Positions 55,371-64,000 of a stretch of DNA of 64,000 bases are shown here, in pieces. The position numbers and the translations under genes were made by a program. This DNA comes from Smithellaceae bacterium. Lineage in GTDB: Bacteria; Desulfobacterota; Syntrophia; Syntrophales; Smithellaceae. The stretch is from assembly GCA_030690945.1 (NCBI GenBank), contig JAUYFM010000064.1, positions 91,072 to 155,071 on the forward strand. Direction: 5' to 3'. Position 1 is the stretch's first letter. The number at the start of each line of letters is the position of its first letter. Under the pieces are notes generated by a model. That model was not told where the DNA came from. It saw nothing but the letters and a program-made list of their open reading frames with translations, and did not search any database.

Positions 55371-55618
55371 CGTTATTTCCCCTTTTTCAACTGTCGCTTC
55401 CTATACCTCATTAAAAAAGAATGCAAAATAAATTTGACAGACAATGTGTTTTTTAGTATGTCAATCCACACGAAGTTGGTGGAACGGTTTTTGAGATTAA
55501 TCTTCGTTTTCTGTGTGCAGTAAATTATCCTTGATACATTTACACTTGGCGGCATTGAGCTGCAATCTGTGCACCGTTAACAAAATGGGACCCCCCCGCA
55601 AAACGAAGGAGGTACTTC

Positions 55619-56575
55619 ATGATGAAACGGCGGATTTCAGTATTTTCAGGATTATTTGTTCTTTTTTTGTTGTTCTGTTTTAATACCGGCGCTTATGCCA
55701 ACCAATACAAAGTTAAAAAAGGTGACAGCCTTTACATCATTTCCAAGCAACTCGGCGTCAGCGTGGCTGAAATCAAAAAGACCAACCACCTTACCGGTAA
55801 CAACCTAAAACCCGGTCTGGTTTTGTCCGTCAATCAAAAGGGTTCCGCTTCTCCTGTTTTCGTAAAATCAAAAGCTCGCCCCGCATCCTTTTACACGGTA
55901 AAAAAAGGCGATACACTTACCACTATTTCTAAAAAAACAGGAATTCCCGCAAAACAAATTGCCGCGTTGAATAATGTCCATTCGAAAAACATGCGCGCTG
56001 GCCGCAAGCTTATTCTATCAAAGCCCAGTTACGCCAGCTACACCGCACACTCTTCATCTGCTACCGATGAAAATGAGGATATTTTAGATGAGGATGAGGA
56101 AGAAATCACTTCATCCGACGCCTCAAATGACATCGCCTTTGAAGCAAAATCAAGTGAAGAGCTTTTAGGCAAGTGGGGCAGTACGGATGAAAGAAAATTA
56201 TTTATTAAAGTCGCAACCGGTTTTCTGGGCGCTCCTTATCGATTAGGCGGCGCCACCGTTAAAGGGATTGATTGTTCCGCCTTTGTCCGGAAAATGTACG
56301 AATTTTTCGATATTTCTCTGCCACGCACCGCCCGTGAGCAATCCACTGTCGGTGTCCGAATTGACCGGAATGAACTGGTTGAAGGCGATCTGATTTTTTT
56401 CCGAACAAGAAAACCGATTGGTCACGTCGGCATTTATATCGGCAACAACGAGTTTGTTCATGCTTCCTATAAAGGCAAGTCCGTCCGCATTGACAATCTG
56501 GATCGGCCTTATTTTCAGAAGAGATTCCAGCGAGCCGTCCGTGTAAAAGGTCTGGATGAAAATGGCGGCACCTGA
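55619..56575 (+). CDS. LysM x2 plus NlpC/P60 peptidoglycan endopeptidase
   Basis: Signal peptide, two Y.VKKGD.L LysM repeats, GIDCSAF, HVGIY, FVHAS. Confidence 0.92.
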   Translation: MMKRRISVFSGLFVLFLLFCFNTGAYANQYKVKKGDSLYIISKQLGVSVAEIKKTNHLTGNNLKPGLVLSVNQKGSASPVFVKSKARPASFYTVKKGDTLTTISKKTGIPAKQIAALNNVHSKNMRAGRKLILSKPSYASYTAHSSSATDENEDILDEDEEEITSSDASNDIAFEAKSSEELLGKWGSTDERKLFIKVATGFLGAPYRLGGATVKGIDCSAFVRKMYEFFDISLPRTAREQSTVGVRIDRNELVEGDLIFFRTRKPIGHVGIYIGNNEFVHASYKGKSVRIDNLDRPYFQKRFQRAVRVKGLDENGGT

Positions 56576-56600
56576 TCTTTTGCCATCCCCCAAAACATAT

Positions 56601-56636
56601 CTTTAAAAAAAGGGCGCAAACGCCCTTTTTTTAAAG
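56601..56636 (+). terminator. Intrinsic terminator (bidirectional shape)
   Basis: AAAAAAAGGGCG-caaa-CGCCCTTTTTTT directly after the NlpC/P60 gene. Confidence 0.8.
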
Positions 56637-56719
56637 GCAGTTTTTGACGGTTGATTATCCCGTCGCTTTATTGTATGAAACCAGCCTTACCGGTTTGTTC
56701 GTGTGCTAAGGAAGAGTAG

Positions 56720-58654
56720 ATGGGAAAAAATATTATTGAAAAGATTCTCGCCGGACACCTGGTTTTCGGAAATCTTGCGCCCGGTGCGGAAATCGGCATC
56801 CGTATCGATCAAACCCTCACCCAGGATGCCACCGGCACCATGGCCTATTTGCAATTTGAAGCCATGAACGTGCCGAAAGTTAAAACGGAATTGTCCGTCA
56901 GTTACATCGATCATAACACGATTCAGATCGGTTTTGAAAACGCGGATGATCACCGCTACCTGCAGAGCGTCGCGCAGAAATTCGGCGTGGTGTTTTCGCG
57001 CGCCGGCAACGGCATCTGCCATCAGGTGCATCTGGAACGGTTCGGCAAGCCCGGTAAAACCCTGATCGGCTCCGACAGCCACACGCCCACCTGCGGCGCG
57101 CTGGGCATGATCGCCATCGGCGCGGGGGGCATGGACGTGGCGCTGGCAATGGCCGGTGAACCCTTTTATCTCACCTGCCCTTCCGTCATTAAAATCAACC
57201 TCAATGGCAATCTGAAACCCTGGGTTTCCGCCAAGGATGTAATCCTCAAGGTGCTGGAGATTTTTACAACGAAAGGCAACGTCGGAACCATTTTTGAGTA
57301 TGGCGGAGAGGGAATCGCATCGATCAGTGTTCCGGAACGTGCCACCATCACCAATATGGGCGCGGAGTGCGGCGTAACCACATCGGTTTTCCCCAGCGAC
57401 AACGTTACAAGACTATTTCTCCGGTCGCAGCAAAGAGAAATAGATTTCATTGAAGTGAAAGCGGATGACGACGCGGTTTACTCCAAAATTGTAAATATTG
57501 ATTTATCTCAATTGGAATCTCTGGCAGCCAAACCGCATAGCCCGGATAACATCGGCACCGTGCGTAGCATGAAGAGCATCCCTGTCAATCAGGTCTGTCT
57601 GGGCAGTTGCACTAATTCTTCTTATAAGGATTTAGTAACGGTTGCTAAAATCCTCAAAGGAAAAGTGGCCCATCCCGATATCAGTTTTATTTTAGCCCCC
57701 GGCTCACGGCAGGTGCTTGATAATCTCGCCCGTGACGGCTACCTGGCCGACCTCATCGCTTCCGGCGCGCGGCTGATGGAAAATGCGTGCGGTTTCTGCA
57801 TCGGCAATAGTCAAAGTCCAAAATCCGGCGCGGTATCCCTGCGCACATCCAACCGTAATTTTCCGGGACGATCGGGAACCATGGACGCGGATGTTTATCT
57901 GGTCAGTCCCGAAACAGCCGCCGCAGCGGTCATCACCGGCCGTTTTACCGATCCGCGGGACTTGAAAATGGAATATCCACAGATCCCAATGCCTCAGAAA
58001 TTAATCATTGACGACAACATGATCATCCGGCCGGACTATACGCAAAGAAACATTGAAATTCATCGCGGTCCGAATATCGGCGCACCGCCTGTAAACGTTG
58101 CGCTGCCCGATACCATTTCCGGCCAGGCCACGATTAAAGTCGGTGATAAGATCACGACCGATCACATCATCCCCGCCGGAGCGCGGATGAAGTATCGCTC
58201 GAATATTCCTAAATATTCGGAATTCGTTTTTGAAAACGTGGATGCCTCTTTTGCCCGACGCGCCATGACCCTGAAAGACGCAGGAAGACACAACATCATT
58301 GTGGCAGGTCTGTCTTACGGCCAGGGATCGTCGCGCGAACATGCCGCCATCTGCCCTATGTATCTGGGCGTCCGCGCGGTTTTGGTCAAATCGCTGGAAA
58401 GAATCCACGCCGCCAATCTGATCAACTTCGGCATCCTGCCTTTGACATTCCTCAATGAGCATGACTATGACGCCATAGACCAGGGCGATGATCTGGAAAT
58501 TGCCGGGGCCCGCACAGCCATTCTGGAAGGGAAAAATCTTATGGTAAAAAACAAGACCAAAGGTACATCCTTCCCGGTGGGCTGCGCATTATCGTCAAGA
58601 CAAAAGCAAATCATTCTGGCCGGCGGCGCGCTCAACGTCCGCAGCCACACATAA
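56720..58654 (+). CDS. Aconitate hydratase (short 644-aa type)
   Basis: QDATGT, DHN, GICHQVH, GSDSHT, GSCTN, CGFCIG, TTDHI, GSSREHAA. Confidence 0.93.
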   Translation: MGKNIIEKILAGHLVFGNLAPGAEIGIRIDQTLTQDATGTMAYLQFEAMNVPKVKTELSVSYIDHNTIQIGFENADDHRYLQSVAQKFGVVFSRAGNGICHQVHLERFGKPGKTLIGSDSHTPTCGALGMIAIGAGGMDVALAMAGEPFYLTCPSVIKINLNGNLKPWVSAKDVILKVLEIFTTKGNVGTIFEYGGEGIASISVPERATITNMGAECGVTTSVFPSDNVTRLFLRSQQREIDFIEVKADDDAVYSKIVNIDLSQLESLAAKPHSPDNIGTVRSMKSIPVNQVCLGSCTNSSYKDLVTVAKILKGKVAHPDISFILAPGSRQVLDNLARDGYLADLIASGARLMENACGFCIGNSQSPKSGAVSLRTSNRNFPGRSGTMDADVYLVSPETAAAAVITGRFTDPRDLKMEYPQIPMPQKLIIDDNMIIRPDYTQRNIEIHRGPNIGAPPVNVALPDTISGQATIKVGDKITTDHIIPAGARMKYRSNIPKYSEFVFENVDASFARRAMTLKDAGRHNIIVAGLSYGQGSSREHAAICPMYLGVRAVLVKSLERIHAANLINFGILPLTFLNEHDYDAIDQGDDLEIAGARTAILEGKNLMVKNKTKGTSFPVGCALSSRQKQIILAGGALNVRSHT

Positions 58655-58679
58655 ACTGGATAGGGAGTAACATTTTTAC

Positions 58680-59903
58680 ATGACAAAAAAAATCAAAGTA
58701 AAAACAACCCTCGTCGAAATGGACGGGGATGAAATGACCCGCATCATGTGGCAAATGGTGAAAGACAAACTGCTCTTCCCCTATCTGGATATGGATATTG
58801 ACTACTATGATCTGCACGTTAAGTATCGCGACGACACGGATGACAAGGTAACCTTTGACGCCGCCCGCGCGATTCAGAAATACGGCGTCGGCATTAAGTG
58901 CGCTACCATTACGCCCAATGAAGACCGCGTTGTGGAATATCATCTGAAAAAAGCATGGAAGAGTCCCAACGGCACTATTCGCGCCATGCTGGACGGCACA
59001 GTCTTCAGAAAACCTATCCTCGTCAATAATATTAAACCGGGCGTTTCCTCCTGGAAAAAACCGATTACCATCGGCCGTCACGCTTACGGTGATGTTTATG
59101 ACAATTTCGAAATGAATATTGAACAGGCAGGCAAACTGGAAGTCGTGTTCACGCCCGCCGCTGGCGGCAAACCACAGACCACGTTGGTGAAAGACTTCCC
59201 GTCGGCAGGCATTGTTCAAATCAACCATAACCTGGAACAATCGATTTTGAATTTTGCTCAAGCCTGTTTCACTTACGCGTTCGACGAAAAAATCGACGTG
59301 TGGTTTTCCACCAAAGACACGATTTCCAAAATATATGACGCCGGTTTCCGCGATATCTTTGATCGGGAATTTACAAAAAACTGGAAAGATAAATTTGTGA
59401 AGGCCGGAATCGAATACTTCTTCACACTGATCGACGACGCGGTCGCGCGCATTATGAAAACAGAGGGCGGCATTTTGTGGGCATTGAAAAATTATGACGG
59501 CGATGTGATGTCGGACATGATCGCCTCCGCCAGCGGATCTCTCGCCATGATGACGTCGGTACTGGTTTCACCCAACGGATGGTTTGAATACGAAGCCGCG
59601 CACGGCACAGTGCAGAAGCACTACTACAAACACTTAAAAGGCGAGGAAACCTCCAGCAATTCGATGGCGCTAATTTTTGCCTGGACCGGCGGCCTGCGCA
59701 AACGCGGCGAACTGGACGGAACGCCGGATGTAGTACGTTTTGCGGATATGCTCGAAAAGGCTGCGCTGGAAACCATACAAAACGGCATCATGACCGGCGA
59801 CTTGCTGTTGCTGGCCGAAAAGAAACCTTCCAACAGAAAAGTCAACACAGAAGGATTCATCGATGCCATCGCTGTATCATTAAAGAAAATACTGAATGAT
59901 TAA
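58680..59903 (+). CDS. icd: NADP-dependent isocitrate dehydrogenase
   Basis: [37 protein letters not shown]. Confidence 0.96.
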   Translation: MTKKIKVKTTLVEMDGDEMTRIMWQMVKDKLLFPYLDMDIDYYDLHVKYRDDTDDKVTFDAARAIQKYGVGIKCATITPNEDRVVEYHLKKAWKSPNGTIRAMLDGTVFRKPILVNNIKPGVSSWKKPITIGRHAYGDVYDNFEMNIEQAGKLEVVFTPAAGGKPQTTLVKDFPSAGIVQINHNLEQSILNFAQACFTYAFDEKIDVWFSTKDTISKIYDAGFRDIFDREFTKNWKDKFVKAGIEYFFTLIDDAVARIMKTEGGILWALKNYDGDVMSDMIASASGSLAMMTSVLVSPNGWFEYEAAHGTVQKHYYKHLKGEETSSNSMALIFAWTGGLRKRGELDGTPDVVRFADMLEKAALETIQNGIMTGDLLLLAEKKPSNRKVNTEGFIDAIAVSLKKILND

Positions 59904-60945
59904 GAGCGCAGAAAAGTTATTGCCCAATCTGCTGGATTTCACCCTGGAAGAACTGGAAGAATTCATCGCTTCCTCCGGCAAGGAAAAGTACCGCGCCCGG
60001 CAGATCATGAAATGGCTGCATCAATCCGGCAGCGCGTCTTTTGACACCATGACCACGCTCTCACGGGATTTCCGGGAAAAGCTCTCCGCCAGCGCCCGGA
60101 TTTACAGACCGGAGATTGTCAAAATCCAGAAATCGCAGGATGGCACGCAAAAAGCGCTCCTGCGGCTGGAAGACGGCCTCTTCATCGAAAGTGTGCTCAT
60201 TCCCGGGAAAAGCCATTGGACCATTTGCATTTCCACACAAGCCGGTTGCGCGATGGGCTGCGAATTTTGTCTGACGGCGCGTCAGGGATTCAATCGTAAC
60301 TTAACGCCGGCGGAAATTGTCGGGCAACTGATTACCCTGAAGCACAAAGCACCGGAAGGCACCGCCATCAACAACATTGTGATGATGGGCATGGGCGAGC
60401 CGCTGAGTAATTATGCAAACACGCTTAAGTCGATCCAAATCCTAACCTGTGATTTCGGTCTGGGAATGTCCAACCGCAGAATAACGGTTTCCACCTGTGG
60501 ACTTGCGCCACAAATCGTCCAACTGGGTAAAGACATCTGCATCAACCTGGCCGTGTCCCTAAACGCGCCCGATGATGAAACCCGAAATCAGCTCATGCCG
60601 ATTAATAAAAAGTATCCGCTGCAAACACTACTGGATGCCTGTAAGAAATACCCTATGCCGGGACGGCGTCTGCTCACTTTTGAATATATCCTCATTGACG
60701 GCGTGAATTCATCACGAGCGGACGCGGATAAACTGGCCGCGCTTCTGAAAGATCAGCGCTGCAAATTGAATCTGATTGTTTTTAACGAATACCCCGGATC
60801 ACCGTTTAAATCGCCATCCTTAAAAGACGTGGAAGCCTTTCAGCAAATTCTGCTGGACAGGCATTTTACCACCATGCTTCGCAAAAGCAAAGGCAGCGAC
60901 ATCCTTGCCGCCTGCGGTCAGTTGAGCGGCGCTTTCGGAACCTGA
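59896..60945 (+). CDS. rlmN: 23S rRNA m2A2503 / tRNA methyltransferase RlmN
   Basis: [27 protein letters not shown]. Confidence 0.95.
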   Translation: MIKSAEKLLPNLLDFTLEELEEFIASSGKEKYRARQIMKWLHQSGSASFDTMTTLSRDFREKLSASARIYRPEIVKIQKSQDGTQKALLRLEDGLFIESVLIPGKSHWTICISTQAGCAMGCEFCLTARQGFNRNLTPAEIVGQLITLKHKAPEGTAINNIVMMGMGEPLSNYANTLKSIQILTCDFGLGMSNRRITVSTCGLAPQIVQLGKDICINLAVSLNAPDDETRNQLMPINKKYPLQTLLDACKKYPMPGRRLLTFEYILIDGVNSSRADADKLAALLKDQRCKLNLIVFNEYPGSPFKSPSLKDVEAFQQILLDRHFTTMLRKSKGSDILAACGQLSGAFGT

Positions 60946-61007
60946 TGCGCTGTTTATTTGTGGCATGAAAGAATTGAAATATGCCGATAAAAAACAAAAA
61001 ATCTCAA

Positions 61008-62309
61008 TTAAGTGTCCCCCGAAGTCCCTTCCATTTTCACCAGTTCCTCTGGTAGTTTCTCCACTTCCGGGCCCTGATAAATAACGTCTTCCTTGTAAAG
61101 TGTGTCGATCTCCTCTTCGGAATATCCCAGTACCGTCGAGAGGACTTCCCGATTGTGCTCTCCCAGGAAAGGGGCGTATCCCCTGATGGTGGCAGGGGTT
61201 TCGGAGAATTTCAGGGGACTGCCGTACATCGTGACGGGCCCCAAAAAAGGCTGAACCATGGGAATCCGCATCTCCCGCGCCCCGATATGAGAATCTGTTG
61301 TGGCCAGTTCCTCTATGCTTTTCACTCGGGAGCAGGGAATCCCCGTCTCATCCAACTTCCTCTCGGCTTCCTCCACTGAATCCTGGGACATGACCCAGCC
61401 CTCGAGAGCATCATGCACGAGATTAACGTTTTCGCTCTTGCAGCGGGCGGCCAGATCTATGGTGCGGGGGTCGGTTTTCAGCCATTCATATCCCGGCCCT
61501 ATGAGATCAACCAACTCGGACCAGCGGTTATCCGAGAGGAGAGCGATCGAGATGGAGCCATTCTTTCCTGTGTAAACCCCGTATGGTGACGAGGTTGGGC
61601 TTTTTTGTGACGTTAGAGGCATGATAAAGGGGGCACCCACGGCCTCACTGATCCAATAGGAAGGGAAAGAGGTTTCGTGGACCGAGAAAAGACAGTCCAC
61701 CAGGGAAATATCGATATTTTGCCCCTGCCCCGTGATCATACGGTGAACTAAGGCCGCCAGCATCGCCGTACAAGCATGCATCGAAGCGGTCGTATCACCA
61801 ATCGCCACGGGGGCCCCTACATGCATTGACGTCAGCCCTACCCATCCGCTTGCTGCTTGCGCGATCGCGTCATAACCAGGTTTATGCGTATTCGGACCCC
61901 AGTGCCCCCAAGCCGATATGGAGCAATAGATGATGTCGGGCTTGATCTTCTTCACGGATTCATAATCCAGATGCAGTCTTTCCATGACGCCGGGGGCAAA
62001 GTTTTCGATGATAATATCGCTTTTCTTGATCAGGCCATGGATCAGCTCTATCCCTTTGGGATGCTTGAGATTGATACACAAGCTTTTCTTCCCCCTATTA
62101 AGGTGGAGGTGGTAGGAGCACTGGACAACACCATTCTTCTCCACCTGCAAGGCTTGATGTCGTTCATTGGTCCCTTTTTTGAAATGTTCAATTTTGATGA
62201 CGTTGGCGCCCATATCGGCCAATGTCTTCGTTGCGTGAGGCCCCGCCAAGACCCATGTGAAATCCAAAACGTTTACATGGGGAAGCGGACCTGGTTTCAG
62301 GGTTTTCAT
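61008..62309 (-). CDS. Family III CoA-transferase (CaiB/BaiF)
   Basis: LAGP, LADMGA.VIKIE, NRGKKS, ENFAPG, GYD..AQA.SG, conserved Asp in IGD. Confidence 0.92.
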   Translation of the reverse strand: MKTLKPGPLPHVNVLDFTWVLAGPHATKTLADMGANVIKIEHFKKGTNERHQALQVEKNGVVQCSYHLHLNRGKKSLCINLKHPKGIELIHGLIKKSDIIIENFAPGVMERLHLDYESVKKIKPDIIYCSISAWGHWGPNTHKPGYDAIAQAASGWVGLTSMHVGAPVAIGDTTASMHACTAMLAALVHRMITGQGQNIDISLVDCLFSVHETSFPSYWISEAVGAPFIMPLTSQKSPTSSPYGVYTGKNGSISIALLSDNRWSELVDLIGPGYEWLKTDPRTIDLAARCKSENVNLVHDALEGWVMSQDSVEEAERKLDETGIPCSRVKSIEELATTDSHIGAREMRIPMVQPFLGPVTMYGSPLKFSETPATIRGYAPFLGEHNREVLSTVLGYSEEEIDTLYKEDVIYQGPEVEKLPEELVKMEGTSGDT

Positions 62310-62400
62310 GATAGACATCTCCTGTTGATTATTGCTGCATGCTTATAGATGCGGCCAATCTAAATTGCGAAGCAATATACATTACCATTTCAGCCAAATA

Positions 62401-62691
62401 CTAAATACATTCTTCCAACGGAAATGTAAAAGCCCGCACACCGGCGCGCGGTTGCTCTATTTTAAGCCTTTGCACAAGTTCAATAAGTTTTCGAATCTCC
62501 TCGTCCGGCACAGCCAACATCAGGGTGTTGTTCCTACCCGGCCAGAAATGCGTGTCCAGTTTGGGTTCACTTTCCTGGCCTTCACCCGTCGCGCCGTGAA
62601 CTTTCGTATAAGATTTATAACCCGCCTCTTTAAAGGCAGCCGTAATGCTTTCATCGGAGGCTTCAGCATAAACAACAAGAAACATTTTCAT
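62401..62691 (-). CDS. PII-like small protein associated with an RND transporter (PG0541-like)
   Basis: YTK..G..G.G..SEP...TH.WPG.N motif; directly downstream of the RND permease. Confidence 0.7.
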   Translation of the reverse strand: MKMFLVVYAEASDESITAAFKEAGYKSYTKVHGATGEGQESEPKLDTHFWPGRNNTLMLAVPDEEIRKLIELVQRLKIEQPRAGVRAFTFPLEECI

Positions 62692-62718
62692 AGAGGGTCC
62701 TCTTTAAGAGATTGCCAA

Positions 62719-64000
62719 CTACTTTTTAATAAGTTGTTCTTTTCTTTTTTTCCGGTTTTTGAATTTTTCCTGCCAGTCATCAAAGATATCGTAGGCGGAT
62801 GGAATAACGATCAACGTCAACACCAGTGATGTTAAGAGTCCGCCAATAACCGAAATACCCATTGGAGAACGTGTTTCCGCGCCCTCTCCCACACCCAGAG
62901 CAATCGGCAGCATGCCGAACACCATGGCAAACGTCGTCATGAGAATCGGCCGCATCCGGACAGGCCCCGCCTGAAGGATCGCTTCACGGCGCGACATCCC
63001 GCGTCCGCGTAAAACATTGGTATAGTCCACGAGCAAAATAGCATTCTTCTTTACCAGTCCCATGAGCAGAATCAGGCCGATAAAACTGAAAACGTTCAGC
63101 GTCTTACCGGTGATAAACAAGGCGCCAAAGGCTCCGACAAAAGAAAGCGGCAGGGAAAGCAAAACCGTAACCGGATGAACAAAACTTTCAAATTGCGCAG
63201 CCAGAATCATATAAGCCATGATAACACCCAGCATCAGGGCAAAAAGCAGATAACCAAAAGATTCCTGCATGGTATCAGCCATTCCCTGGTATTTGGGTAA
63301 ATAATCCGACGGCAAAATTTTACCGGCAATGGAATCCAGTTCGTCTTTTGCCTGGCCCAGAGGTTTTCCTTCCAGAGAAGCGAATATGGTAATGGCTCTC
63401 TGCCGGTCAACACGGTTGATGACACTGGGTCCGGTGCCTTCCTCTACTTTAACCACATTGGCCAGCTCAACAAGTTTCCCATCACGGGCACGCACGGAAA
63501 TCCGCTGCAGACCACCGATACTTTCCCGGTCCTGCGGATTCAATCGCACCCTGAGGTCATAACGCTTTCCTTTTTGCTCGTCTTTATAGCGGGCGATATC
63601 CAATTCCCCGCTGATCAGCAGATTTATGGCCTCGGCAACGGTTGCCACGTCCACACCGAGATTCGCCGCCCGGTCACGATCAATGTAAACCTTGAATTCC
63701 GGCTTGCCCACTTCCAGAGATGTATCCACATCCACGATCCCCGGCAGCCTGGAGAACTCTGCTGTTACCTGCTTTGCATATTTCTGTAATGCAGCGAGGT
63801 CCTGTCCGCGGATGCTGTATTGAATCGGCACCTGCCTCTGACCGCCTCCCACAACCGAAATATCTTCCGCGGACACTTTCAACCCCGGAATCTGCCGCAA
63901 TTTGATTCGCGCTATTTTTTTAAGTTCTTCCTGATTTCTCTTGCGCTCCGCCTTCGGATGCAGGTTGAGCATCATCAGCGCACGATTGGCATACCCCCCG
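62719..64000 (-). CDS. RND efflux permease (AcrB family), C-terminal part; runs off the right edge
   Basis: LAAQFESF.HP, GLVKKNAILLVD, RMRPILMTT, GGLLTS. Confidence 0.93.
   Translation of the reverse strand, partial: GGYANRALMMLNLHPKAERKRNQEELKKIARIKLRQIPGLKVSAEDISVVGGGQRQVPIQYSIRGQDLAALQKYAKQVTAEFSRLPGIVDVDTSLEVGKPEFKVYIDRDRAANLGVDVATVAEAINLLISGELDIARYKDEQKGKRYDLRVRLNPQDRESIGGLQRISVRARDGKLVELANVVKVEEGTGPSVINRVDRQRAITIFASLEGKPLGQAKDELDSIAGKILPSDYLPKYQGMADTMQESFGYLLFALMLGVIMAYMILAAQFESFVHPVTVLLSLPLSFVGAFGALFITGKTLNVFSFIGLILLMGLVKKNAILLVDYTNVLRGRGMSRREAILQAGPVRMRPILMTTFAMVFGMLPIALGVGEGAETRSPMGISVIGGLLTSLVLTLIVIPSAYDIFDDWQEKFKNRKKRKEQLIKK

Overview
64 kb of bacterial chromosome, probably from an anaerobic deltaproteobacterium (Syntrophales/Smithella-like; inferred from gene content only). 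Core genes: recQ, uvrC, polA, a sirohaem-dependent haem operon (sirC/cysG-N, ccsA, hemA, hemC, cobA-hemD, ahbC, hemB, ahbD, ahbA), aconitase, icd, rlmN and mtgA. Accessory parts: (i) a 10 kb signalling island with two tandem modules of [orphan solute-binding protein - HisKA_2 kinase - HD-GYP response regulator]; (ii) an islet and HEPN/MNT toxin-antitoxin pair between uvrC and polA; (iii) a scarred region at 48.2-49.8 kb. There a DUF433/PIN TA cassette lies between direct repeats, followed by a MerB-like ORF with an in-frame UGA and a SECIS-like hairpin (probable selenoprotein, split in two by the ORF track) that heads an Fe-S/FAD oxidoreductase operon. A DUF559 endonuclease with flanking palindromic repeats sits in the haem operon, fused in frame to ahbD. 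Intergenic DNA carries many distinct small palindromic or MITE-like elements, some nested. I found no rRNA, tRNA or CRISPR array. All family assignments come from motif recognition by eye, not from database searches.
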